Of a stretch of DNA of 64,000 bases, positions 49,680 through 58,602 are shown one piece after another. Position 1 is the stretch's first letter. Each line of letters opens with the position of its first letter. Position numbers and translations under genes: made by a program. The stretch is taken from the NCBI GenBank assembly GCA_045612485.1, contig JAZKZE010000030.1, forward strand, positions 2,386 through 66,385. The letters run 5' to 3'. The DNA is from Victivallales bacterium. GTDB taxonomy: Bacteria; Verrucomicrobiota; Lentisphaeria; Victivallales; UBA1829. The notes under the pieces were generated by a model, which did no database searches, had not been told where the DNA came from, and worked only from the letters and a program-made list of their open reading frames with translations.

Positions 49680-50137
49680 TGAGTAAGCCTTATACAGAAG
49701 AATTTCTTACCTCCCTTTTCCGCAGATATGCCCCTTTTCCGGGGGCAAAAGCGGGGATCGTCGGGTATGGCACATTCGGGAAAAGAGTTGCCGGATGTGC
49801 CGAAAATACTTCCATGCACATATTGTTGTGTGATCCATTGCTCCAGCAGGCGGAAAGTGAGGACGTCTTTGATGCGTTTCAGGAATCCTGGGGCAACGGT
49901 ATGGGCCGCTGTTACTATTCCGATACTCTTACAGAAACTTTTTTCCCTCTTTCATTTCTTATAAAGGAATGTGACATCCTTTCCATCCAAATCCCGGAAA
50001 ATGAGGAGAATATTTCTCTCATTACCCCGGAAATTTTTTCTCAAATGAAACCTCACACCCTTGTTTTCAATTTTTCTTCAAAAAGAATCGTTCCCTTTGA
50101 GGATGAAAGGATCCTTTTCTTCGGAGAAGAACCATGA
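49679..50137 (+). CDS. Stand-alone NAD-binding module of a PdxB/D-2-hydroxyacid dehydrogenase
   Basis: GIVGYGTFG, ILLCDP, CDILSIQIP, MKP...VFN. Only 152 aa. Start and stop overlap both neighbours. Confidence 0.65.
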   Translation: MSKPYTEEFLTSLFRRYAPFPGAKAGIVGYGTFGKRVAGCAENTSMHILLCDPLLQQAESEDVFDAFQESWGNGMGRCYYSDTLTETFFPLSFLIKECDILSIQIPENEENISLITPEIFSQMKPHTLVFNFSSKRIVPFEDERILFFGEEP

Positions 50138-51033
50138 AGATCTTTGCCGCCCCGTTACAGGGATATACGGATCGTTTTTTCCGTAATGCCCATTTTGCTG
50201 AAATAGGCGGGATCGAGGAATATTATACCCCTTTTCTCCGTATGGAACAGAATTCTATCCGGGAAAAGGAACTTTCCGATGTGGAAAAAGAAAAGAATCT
50301 TTCCCCGGAGACTGTTCCCCAGATCCTTGTGAAAAGCGGTGCGGAACTTGCCTTTTTTGCAGAAGAACTGGGCAATAAAGGCAAATGGAAAAGGCTTGAT
50401 CTCAACTTTGGCTGTCCTTATGTTCCCGTAGTGAAAAAGGGATATGGGGCAGGGGTGCTTGAAGACAGAAGGGTTGTGGAAGAAATTTTGAAGGAAACGG
50501 AAAAATTCCCCCATATTACTTTTTCTGTAAAGTGCAGACTTCCGGAAAAGGATGAGAATATATTGCATATATTGCAGGATCACAAGTTGAAACATATTGT
50601 TCTGCATCCCCGGAAAGCCAGTCAGGAATATAAAGGAAGTGCAGATAAAGAAGCCTTTTACAGGTTCCTTGCTTACGGAGGAAAGAATCCTCTTATCTAT
50701 AACGGAGATATCAATACGCTTTCTGATATACCGGAAAATACCGAAATGCTTATGCTAGGACGTGGACTTTTGCGTGATCCCCTTCTTGCAAGAAAAATAT
50801 CAGGGGAAAATTTTTCTTTTGAAGAAGAAAATTCCTTATATAAAAAATTCCATTCTTCTTATGTTGCTTCTCTCCTTGAAGGAACAAAAAAAGCGGAAGA
50901 GAAACTTCCCAAATTAAAAACTTTCTGGGAATATTTCCTGCCGCAAAAGGATAAAAAAATCAGAAAAAAACTCTCCAAATGCAGAACATTTGAAGAGTAT
51001 AAGGTTCTTACGGAAGAACTTTTTTCTATGTGA
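50134..51033 (+). CDS. tRNA-dihydrouridine synthase family protein
   Basis: APLQGYTD, PQIL, DLNFGCP, SVKCR, HPR, YNGDI, MLGRG. Confidence 0.9.
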   Translation: MKIFAAPLQGYTDRFFRNAHFAEIGGIEEYYTPFLRMEQNSIREKELSDVEKEKNLSPETVPQILVKSGAELAFFAEELGNKGKWKRLDLNFGCPYVPVVKKGYGAGVLEDRRVVEEILKETEKFPHITFSVKCRLPEKDENILHILQDHKLKHIVLHPRKASQEYKGSADKEAFYRFLAYGGKNPLIYNGDINTLSDIPENTEMLMLGRGLLRDPLLARKISGENFSFEEENSLYKKFHSSYVASLLEGTKKAEEKLPKLKTFWEYFLPQKDKKIRKKLSKCRTFEEYKVLTEELFSM

Positions 51034-51042
51034 AAATTTCTT

Positions 51043-53508
51043 TTATTTTTTCACAAGTTCCATGTGGGTGATGACCGCATCTCCTGCCCGGAGATAAAGG
51101 TATCCCAGTTCATTGGCCTTTTTGGTAAATTCAAAGGAAAATTCCTGTTCTTTATCCGTTAAAGTAAATTTTTCTTCCGGAAGGCGTTTTTTGTGACCTC
51201 TCAATTTTCCGTCAGGGGAAATGGAAGTGCTTAAATAGGCACTAAGTACCCCTTTTCCGGATGCCTTGATGGTAACTTTGAAATTTCCCGCCTGTTTCGG
51301 GAAAAAGAGATAAGACCACATCAGACCTTTCAGATGAATGGAATTATTCCCTTTGTCATCGGTTTTCATGCTTCCGTTGCTGGTGCTGAATCCGGCGGGG
51401 AATTTTTTTGACGTATAACGTTTTGCCTCGTTTGCTTTTACATCTCTTGTCAGAGCAAAATTGCCGTTCCGCAGAATCTCATTGGAGGGAAGACCGGATG
51501 CCTTCTGCAATACAGGGGCAGCGATTTTTCCATATTTTCCTGCGTGTTCCTTGAAGATCAGGATATTGGCGGGATCAGGGGAGAGGAGGGGAAGAAGAGG
51601 AGCTCCCAGTCTTACCCAGGATTTTGCCACAGCAAGCTGCAATGCCCAGATCTCAAATTTATTTGCGTCAGAGCGTTTTGCTGCAAGGATCTTACCGCCT
51701 TCCAGTTTTACGCCGCTGGCAACGATTTTTCCTTCTGCATTGTAAAGGTAGCCGCTGGCAGGTTCCCGGGGAGAGCCGTTCAATTCCACCATTACCTCTT
51801 TTACTCCTGCGGGAACTGCAAAGTAAAGGACACCGGAAGAACCGAATACATAAAGTTTTTCATCGGCACGGAAGGCATGGGGGGCAGCTGTCTTGATGGA
51901 AAGAGTCTGACTTCTTGCATCCATGCTGAAGCGGTAAACACCTTTTTCCCCGGCTTTCAGATTGTATGTGAAAGTTTTGTCAAAAGGTACACCGAAACGG
52001 TCGATCTCATTGATGGTGGGGGAGTGGACCGTTACAGTAAGGGGATTTCTGTAATTGGGGGCATCATAGCGGTGGACCGGTCTGTTGATAAAGGTCACAG
52101 GGATCGTCTGACCGGGTTCAGCATAAAGAACAAATTCGTTTTTTTCCCGGAAACGCAAAATCCCGCCGCTTGATTTGCCTTTGGGGGAGAGGGGAACGAC
52201 TTTTTTGAAGTCGGGCAATACTACATTGAATCTCTGTGCCATGGGATCGGGCTTGGCTTTGGCAATGAATTTTGCAATGTCAAAAGATCTTTTCACCCCT
52301 TTGGAATTCTGTATGGTGATATTTTCGATGACCGGATCCACAATGCCGTTACCGTAACGGGAGGTAAAGACCATGGGAGGACGGTTTTCATCGTCAATGA
52401 CGGTAAGATTTCGGATCACAAGATCTTTGATATTTTCTTTCGTGGAGTTGGAAATGAGAAGACCGGCAGTTTTGCCGCCACGGGTATCGATCACGCAGTT
52501 TTCAATGACCTGTTTCACGCCGGGCAGATAATGGGTCAGCCCCAGCTGGGAATATTTGTTGCCGGAAAAACGGCAGTTGGAGAGAATGATATATCCTCTT
52601 TTTCCGTCATTGGGGGTTTGGTGATGTCCCACATGGCCTGTGGTGAAGCCGCTGTTCACATTGTCTTTGAATTCGCAGTTGCGGAGGGTAAGTTCGATCT
52701 TCTGTTTGGAGTTGTTGGAAACATAGAATCCGGAAAGATTGTTCCGGTTGAATTCACAGTTTTCAAAAAGGATCTTTGTGAGCCCTGTCACTCCGTCAGG
52801 AAAATTGGGTTCCAGGTCGATACCGCATTCAGGCGCGGTTCCTTTGGTATCATTGAATTTACAGTTGCGTACAGTAAGATTGTGGCAGCCTGTAACACTT
52901 AATCCCTGCCGCCAGCCGTAAACACAGTTCAGGTCTTCCAGAACCACATTGCGGCAGTTCAGACTTCCCACATAAACGCAGTCGCCGCCGCCATTGATGA
53001 TGTCAAGGTTTTTGACTTTCACATTGTCACTGTTGTAAATATTGACTGTATGTCTGTGGTCTTTCTGTTCGGAACGGGGGAAGATCAGTTTGACTTTTCC
53101 TTTGCCCTGCAGAAGAACATTTTTCTGATTGCGGATATCGAACATACATTTCTGCACATATCTTTTGCCCTTTTTCTCCTGCCAGACACCTTTGAGAGCC
53201 TGCACAACAACACCGTCGGCAAAGTGGATCTCAATATCGGAAGGTACTTTAAGGGAACCGGTGATCCAGGGGGAGGACATCTTTTCGATATACACCTTTT
53301 TTGCTCCGGAATCCAGAGCCGCCTGGAGGATCTTTGTGGAGTCATCTTTATTGAAGCCCCACCAGTGTGCTTTTGCTTCGGCTTTTTTTCCTGCTTTTAC
53401 AAGGGCGATCTCTTTTGCAAAATCCTTTGCGGCAAGATCGCCGGGGATGAGTGCTGCAAGCAATATTACTGCCGCTGCCGGAAGAAGAAATGAATTCTTA
53501 CTTTTCAT
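51043..53508 (-). CDS. Exported right-handed beta-helix (pectin-lyase-like) protein with C-terminal NGxF domain
   Basis: Signal peptide, DSTKILQAALDSG, GDCVYV, RQGLSV, PECGIDLEPN. C-terminal LRNGNF...KASGKGVL. Confidence 0.8.
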   Translation of the reverse strand: MKSKNSFLLPAAAVILLAALIPGDLAAKDFAKEIALVKAGKKAEAKAHWWGFNKDDSTKILQAALDSGAKKVYIEKMSSPWITGSLKVPSDIEIHFADGVVVQALKGVWQEKKGKRYVQKCMFDIRNQKNVLLQGKGKVKLIFPRSEQKDHRHTVNIYNSDNVKVKNLDIINGGGDCVYVGSLNCRNVVLEDLNCVYGWRQGLSVTGCHNLTVRNCKFNDTKGTAPECGIDLEPNFPDGVTGLTKILFENCEFNRNNLSGFYVSNNSKQKIELTLRNCEFKDNVNSGFTTGHVGHHQTPNDGKRGYIILSNCRFSGNKYSQLGLTHYLPGVKQVIENCVIDTRGGKTAGLLISNSTKENIKDLVIRNLTVIDDENRPPMVFTSRYGNGIVDPVIENITIQNSKGVKRSFDIAKFIAKAKPDPMAQRFNVVLPDFKKVVPLSPKGKSSGGILRFREKNEFVLYAEPGQTIPVTFINRPVHRYDAPNYRNPLTVTVHSPTINEIDRFGVPFDKTFTYNLKAGEKGVYRFSMDARSQTLSIKTAAPHAFRADEKLYVFGSSGVLYFAVPAGVKEVMVELNGSPREPASGYLYNAEGKIVASGVKLEGGKILAAKRSDANKFEIWALQLAVAKSWVRLGAPLLPLLSPDPANILIFKEHAGKYGKIAAPVLQKASGLPSNEILRNGNFALTRDVKANEAKRYTSKKFPAGFSTSNGSMKTDDKGNNSIHLKGLMWSYLFFPKQAGNFKVTIKASGKGVLSAYLSTSISPDGKLRGHKKRLPEEKFTLTDKEQEFSFEFTKKANELGYLYLRAGDAVITHMELVKK

Positions 53509-54218
53509 TTGTTGCCTTTCTTTTTTTTATTTGACAGAGAGTTGAAAAAATCAGTGTAGTCACTTACGGTAAGACGTTCGGGCGGAGTATCTTCCTCCCA
53601 TTTCTGGAACCTTTCTCTTTTTTCCGCAAAGCAGTTATCCAGATTATCATCGTTGACGGAAGATACTTCCCCCACCATTACGCTCCCGGAAGAGGGATCC
53701 GCATGGAAGGTATGAAATGCCCCCGGTACAAGAGTCAGGCTTTCCCCCGGCTCAAGGGTTATTGTTTCAGAGGAATCCACTGTAAGAAGAAGACCATCTT
53801 TTACTGTATTTACTTTTCCACGGACTGGTTTATTGTTTTCCGCCGGAGCAAGCTGGAAAACAAGTCTGCCGCCGCCCCTGTTGATAATATCCTCCTGTTT
53901 GCGGTAATGGCAATGCATGGGCGTGACCTGACCGGGTTTCACAAGCATGATCTTTTCAGCATAGGGTTTGGTGTATTTTTCTGAATGCAGTACACCATTT
54001 CTTATGGTGAAAAGCAATAAGCCCACTTTAAGAAAGTCCCCGGAACCGAAGTCGGTAACATCCCACCCCATGGCACAGGAAAGGATCTCATCACACTTTT
54101 CTCTGTTCTTCTTCCAATCCTCCAAAGTCCATTTGGAAAATGCCGGAAGGTAAAACTGGAAAGAGGCAAAAAATTCTTCCGCTTCTTTTATATAAGTATT
54201 GATTTCAGAGCGTTTCAT
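53505..54218 (-). CDS. D-lyxose/D-mannose family sugar isomerase (cupin)
   Basis: MKRSEIN, GWDVTDFG, LFTIRNG, YAEKIM, PMHCH, KQEDIINRGGG, GEVSSVNDD. Confidence 0.92.
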   Translation of the reverse strand: MKRSEINTYIKEAEEFFASFQFYLPAFSKWTLEDWKKNREKCDEILSCAMGWDVTDFGSGDFLKVGLLLFTIRNGVLHSEKYTKPYAEKIMLVKPGQVTPMHCHYRKQEDIINRGGGRLVFQLAPAENNKPVRGKVNTVKDGLLLTVDSSETITLEPGESLTLVPGAFHTFHADPSSGSVMVGEVSSVNDDNLDNCFAEKRERFQKWEEDTPPERLTVSDYTDFFNSLSNKKKKGNK

Positions 54219-54236
54219 GTATTAAGTTGTCCCCTG

Positions 54237-55145
54237 TTAAAATTTCAATACGGAAAGCGTGAGACCTCCGAGAATGAGACTTACCCCCACGATCTTTGTC
54301 AGGGTGCATTTTTCCTTCAGGAAGAATACTCCTGCAAACATGCCCACCGGCAGCCCCAACTGACGGAATACCTGAACATAGGATACATTGCTTACAAAGT
54401 TCATGGCAAGAAGGACAAGAATGTAGGTGGTGGAGGAGAAACAGCCGGCAACTACCGGCATAAAATCTTTCTCCCTGAAAAATTCCTTTGCTTCTTCCCT
54501 GTCTTCTTTCACACAAAGCACAACCAGCCAGAAGAAGAGTGACAAGGCGATCCCTCTTGTGGAGTAATAGGTCATGGAACGCACTGCATTACTTACTTCC
54601 GGATAATGTTTGGCAATAAGTTTTACTCCCAGGGAATCAAAAATGGTATATCCTGTTGTCCCCATAGCCGCCATAAGAAGCAGGAAAGAAGTTTTATTCC
54701 AGTATTGGGAAGGTTTGAAGTCGGAAAATCTGCTTAACGGCATAAGTAATGCCCCTGTAAAAACGATAAGGAATCCTGTTGCCGCCGTCCATGTAAGAGG
54801 ATTACCCAGCCCCAGAAGGGTGGTAAAGAGAGCCGTAAGCACGATAGGCAGTGACCGCATCACCGGATAGGCGGATGCCATCTCCATTTTTTTATAAATG
54901 AGGATGATACCCACTCCGTAGAAAATATCAAAGAAAACCGTTCCGGCAATGACTCCCCAGAAGGAGGGTGGCAAGGAAAAGATTTTTACCGGAGTCCAGA
55001 ATTGCACATGACCCCAGATCAATGCTCCCATGGTACAGATGATGGCATAGAAGGCAAGGCCCATTTTTCTCTTCTTTGCAAGAAGATTCCATGTGGCGTG
55101 GGTGACGGCAGAACCGAAAATAAGAAGAAAAGCTGTAAAAGTCAT
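54237..55145 (-). CDS. EamA/DMT family transporter
   Basis: HATWN, YPVMR, YTIFD, VFRQ, LKEK. Paralogue of 17412..18314. Confidence 0.85.
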   Translation of the reverse strand: MTFTAFLLIFGSAVTHATWNLLAKKRKMGLAFYAIICTMGALIWGHVQFWTPVKIFSLPPSFWGVIAGTVFFDIFYGVGIILIYKKMEMASAYPVMRSLPIVLTALFTTLLGLGNPLTWTAATGFLIVFTGALLMPLSRFSDFKPSQYWNKTSFLLLMAAMGTTGYTIFDSLGVKLIAKHYPEVSNAVRSMTYYSTRGIALSLFFWLVVLCVKEDREEAKEFFREKDFMPVVAGCFSSTTYILVLLAMNFVSNVSYVQVFRQLGLPVGMFAGVFFLKEKCTLTKIVGVSLILGGLTLSVLKF

Positions 55146-55164
55146 TGTTCTTTTTCCATTCTGA

Positions 55165-55596
55165 TCATTCCTCTATGGAGATCACCCGGTCTGTCTCAAT
55201 ATTTTCCCCACGGTCGATATGGATATGGAGAGTATTTTTCGGGAATACTTTCCGGTCGATGCGTTCCGGCCATTCTACAAGAGTGTAGGCACTTTTATCG
55301 TAAAGAAACTCATCCACACCGAAGGCAAGAGCTGCTTCCGTACTGTCGATACGGTAAAGATCAAGGTGATAGAGCATCCCTTTTTCCAGTGCATATTCCT
55401 GTACAATGGTGAAGGTGGGGCTGGAAACATGTTCCGTAACTCCCAGTGCTTTGGCAAAGGCACAGGAGAAAACCGTTTTTCCGGCTCCCAGATCCCCGTG
55501 GAGCGCAATAACAGAACCGGGAGGAAGTTTTTTTACGATCTCCTGTGCCACCAGTGCTGTTTCTGCCGGGGAATGTGTAATATATTCTTTTTTCAC
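55165..55596 (-). CDS. tsaE: tRNA t6A biosynthesis ATPase TsaE
   Basis: LHGDLGAGKT, SPTF, HLDLYR, VEW. GTG start. Confidence 0.95.
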   Translation of the reverse strand: MKKEYITHSPAETALVAQEIVKKLPPGSVIALHGDLGAGKTVFSCAFAKALGVTEHVSSPTFTIVQEYALEKGMLYHLDLYRIDSTEAALAFGVDEFLYDKSAYTLVEWPERIDRKVFPKNTLHIHIDRGENIETDRVISIEE

Positions 55597-55614
55597 AACT
55601 TTTTCCTGTATATG

Positions 55615-56487
55615 TTATTCAAAATGGTCGAAACCGCTTTTGTGTTTATTTTCTTCTTCAATTTCTTTTTTTGCAACGAATCTGCCGATCCTGCTTAATG
55701 GTACATCCGGGAAAGTCCATGCCTTTTTCAATAACGGGGCGTTTTCCGGAGAGACGGCAAAAATAAGTTCATAATCCTCTCCGTCGGAAAGTGCCATTTG
55801 TATATCGGCACCCTGACGCAGTGGAATATTTTTTTCTTCGATTTCCACGGAAAGACCGGATGCAGAAGCAAATCTTTGCGCATCTTTCAGCAGACCATCG
55901 CTTATGTCCATCATGGCACAGGTATATTTTCCTGCAAGAAAACGGCACTCTTTCACCCGCGGACAAAATGAAAGATGATGTTCGGAATAAAAGGAGTTGC
56001 CGAAACAGCCGGTGGCATAAAGAAGATCCCCTTCTTTTGCGTTTTTCCGCAAACAGAGTTTCTCTTTTTCCACTTTGCCCAGAATGGTAAGAGTCCCCAC
56101 CATACCCTCTGCAAAATTACCGGCAGTATCGCCGCCGATAATGCTTACTCCGTACTCTTTCGCACACATTTCCAATCCTTCATGGAAACGCATAAGATAT
56201 TCTTCCTCCAGAGGTTTTTTTGCAATGGTCACAAGGGCATACAAAGGAACTCCCCCCATGGCACAAATATCACTGATATTGCGTTTCAGAAGTTTTGCCG
56301 CAACCCTTTCAGGAGTTGTTTCCGGCAGAAAATGGATGGAGGAGATGACCTGATCCGCTGCGGCAAGCAGGTATTCCCCGTTCCCGCAAACATCCAGAAC
56401 AGCACAGTCATCCCCTATGGAAGTATGCACAGTGGGCGCGACGGAAAAAAGCCCCGCCAGACGCCCTGTAAAAGTTTCCTCATCCAT
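55615..56487 (-). CDS. thiL: Thiamine-monophosphate kinase
   Basis: IGDDCA, NISDICAMGG, GGDT, DISDGL, GEDYEL. Confidence 0.94.
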   Translation of the reverse strand: MDEETFTGRLAGLFSVAPTVHTSIGDDCAVLDVCGNGEYLLAAADQVISSIHFLPETTPERVAAKLLKRNISDICAMGGVPLYALVTIAKKPLEEEYLMRFHEGLEMCAKEYGVSIIGGDTAGNFAEGMVGTLTILGKVEKEKLCLRKNAKEGDLLYATGCFGNSFYSEHHLSFCPRVKECRFLAGKYTCAMMDISDGLLKDAQRFASASGLSVEIEEKNIPLRQGADIQMALSDGEDYELIFAVSPENAPLLKKAWTFPDVPLSRIGRFVAKKEIEEENKHKSGFDHFE

Positions 56488-56496
56488 TTGTATTGA

Positions 56497-57648
56497 TCAG
56501 TAGCCCAGGAAGGAGATATCCACATTGGCTTCTGCTGTCTTGCCGGAGGCGTCTTTGAAGATGACTTTTCCATCGGCAAAATCAGCGGAAACGACTCTTC
56601 CGAAATCTCCGGGAATACGGGCAACGCCCTGAATGTGGCAGATTTCAGAAGGAGCAGCTTTTGTAAATGTGCCGCAGGTGGTCCAGCCCTCTTTGCTCAG
56701 GCAGTTTTCTTCTGTGGAATCCTTGATGCCGTTGGCGAAGAAAGAGCAGTTGTCTTCCACGCCGATACAGCGGGTATTTCCGTTCCAGGGGAATCCGTAT
56801 CTGCCGGAGTTGGATGTCCAGATGGTGGTGGCGGGCAGAGTTTCCGGATTACGGAGCATGAAGAAAAGGTAGCCTCTTTCCGGATAAACGCAAACAGTCC
56901 ATGCGGGGGTTTTCCCGGGTTTGGAAAGCATGGAGAAAAGGTCTGCGTAACCGATGGGGGAGGGGTAGGTTGTGTAGTCATGCACAGGATCGGCTTTGAA
57001 GGCTGTGGGGACTTTCTCCAGAGAATCAAATCTTTCCCCGGAAGCAAGATACTGGTGTTCCAGATTTTTTGGATCGGAAAATACACCGGGACAGGTCATA
57101 CCCGCATCAAATTTACTGGTGGAAAGGTACATCTTTTCCCCTTCTTCCGGCATGTGGATGATGGAGTGGTGACCATAAGGCATTTTTCCTTCCAGTCCGC
57201 TGACGGTATGTTTGATATAAAGGGCGGAATGATTGGAACGCATTTCAAAGTGTTTTACGATATGGAAAGGATTGATGGTGGTATCCATGGAAAATTCAAA
57301 GACCGCCTTGTCGCCTTCTTCCACAGCCTTATCCAGTTTCCAGGTATTTGCGGCAGTTTCCCCGTGGGGAGGATACTGGAATCCGTCTACGGCTTCCGGA
57401 TTTCCACCGAAGGGCAGACAGAAAAAGTCACCGCGCAGATTCTGAAGGAGGGGACAGAAGGAAAGATCCGGTCTCTCATCCTGCCAGGGTGTGAGGGCGT
57501 AGGGGGAAACGCTTTTTTCTGTATCGGTGAAAAATTCCACAGGAGCGTGCATGCCGGCGTCTTCTGTGAGAAACAGTTTGATGCCTTTTGCATTCAGATA
57601 CCAGCCGGGGGTGGAATGATTGATCCCTTTTTCGATGATTTCAGCCAT
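56497..57648 (-). CDS. Hypothetical protein, aldose-1-epimerase/mutarotase-like fold
   Basis: LRGDFFCLPFG, PPHGE, GHH, CIGVE. AAGGAG RBS. Confidence 0.65.
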   Translation of the reverse strand: MAEIIEKGINHSTPGWYLNAKGIKLFLTEDAGMHAPVEFFTDTEKSVSPYALTPWQDERPDLSFCPLLQNLRGDFFCLPFGGNPEAVDGFQYPPHGETAANTWKLDKAVEEGDKAVFEFSMDTTINPFHIVKHFEMRSNHSALYIKHTVSGLEGKMPYGHHSIIHMPEEGEKMYLSTSKFDAGMTCPGVFSDPKNLEHQYLASGERFDSLEKVPTAFKADPVHDYTTYPSPIGYADLFSMLSKPGKTPAWTVCVYPERGYLFFMLRNPETLPATTIWTSNSGRYGFPWNGNTRCIGVEDNCSFFANGIKDSTEENCLSKEGWTTCGTFTKAAPSEICHIQGVARIPGDFGRVVSADFADGKVIFKDASGKTAEANVDISFLGY

Positions 57649-57773
57649 TTTCTTCTCCTTTTTGTAAGGTTGAAAATATTTTTAATGGAATAATATAATA
57701 CTTCATACCCATTACAATACTTTGTTTTTCCATTTTTTCAAGCCTGAAAAACATGGAAAAAAGGAAAGGTGAT

Positions 57774-57801
57774 TTGAAAAGAGCCTTTACCGTGTTATAT
57801 T
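57774..57801 (+). promoter_or_regulatory. Sigma70-type extended -10 promoter
   Basis: TTGAAA, 16-bp spacer ending TGT, TATATT. Same pattern as at 48406. Confidence 0.45.
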
Positions 57802-57874
57802 AAGGGGTATAAGGGACTTTTTTACCCTTTTGTCCTGTAATTTTGGAAGAACTCAAGAGAAACCGGATCTGCTC

Positions 57875-58576
57875 ATGGAAACAGGAAATAACAAACAGCA
57901 TAAAGATGATTATATGATGGATAAAGCCAAACGCAGCTTTCTGCGTATGGTCTCACCTGATGAGTTCGGCTCTGCCGCATCAAAGCATCGGGATTCCCCT
58001 GCTCTTGTGAATGTCCCGCCGGAGATCGCAAGACGGGATGCCGCTTATCTGCGGGCGGTGGAACTGGTGAAAACCGCTTTTTCCGCACAGGATGAACATA
58101 AACGCCGTATGGTCTATCTGCTTGCCGAATCCCTGCTTGAATTTGCTGTGAACCGTACGGAACAACTGTATCAGATCAGCGGGTCACTGACTGCAAAAGA
58201 ACCTCTGGAAGATCTGAATTTTCTGAAATATCTGCGTCTGCTGCGGCAGATGGTGGGGACACTCGGGGATCTTACGGAGTTCCAGCAATTTGTAAATGGT
58301 GAGGATGTACAGATCGCCGAGATCCTTGCCCTTCTGGGGATCCCCTCCGGCAACACAAGCAGTTTTTCCAGCAGTGAAGTAGCCATTTATCATTTTCTGA
58401 AACTGCTCATTGCCAAGTCTGTGGGGCCTTTTGAGATCAACCGTACCAGAACAAGAAATATGCTTTCCAAGAGTGCCGTGGAGCGGTATGACCGTTCCTT
58501 TGAGGCGGCGACGCAGTTCTGTGCATCTATAACCCCTTCGGATCCTGATGCTTTCAAATATATGAAAAAGCTGTAA
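57875..58576 (+). CDS. Hypothetical helical protein (start uncertain)
   Basis: Fills the gap between a promoter and the next gene, with typical codon usage. No recognised motif. Confidence 0.7.
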   Translation: METGNNKQHKDDYMMDKAKRSFLRMVSPDEFGSAASKHRDSPALVNVPPEIARRDAAYLRAVELVKTAFSAQDEHKRRMVYLLAESLLEFAVNRTEQLYQISGSLTAKEPLEDLNFLKYLRLLRQMVGTLGDLTEFQQFVNGEDVQIAEILALLGIPSGNTSSFSSSEVAIYHFLKLLIAKSVGPFEINRTRTRNMLSKSAVERYDRSFEAATQFCASITPSDPDAFKYMKKL

Positions 58577-58602
58577 GAAAATAACCCAACAAAGGAGAAA
58601 AT

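Noticed and set aside
21430..53508. C-terminal KK on exported proteins as a sorting signal
   Set aside because: Cytoplasmic proteins here also end in Lys (e.g. the GH2 ending at 34670), consistent with an A-rich stop context.
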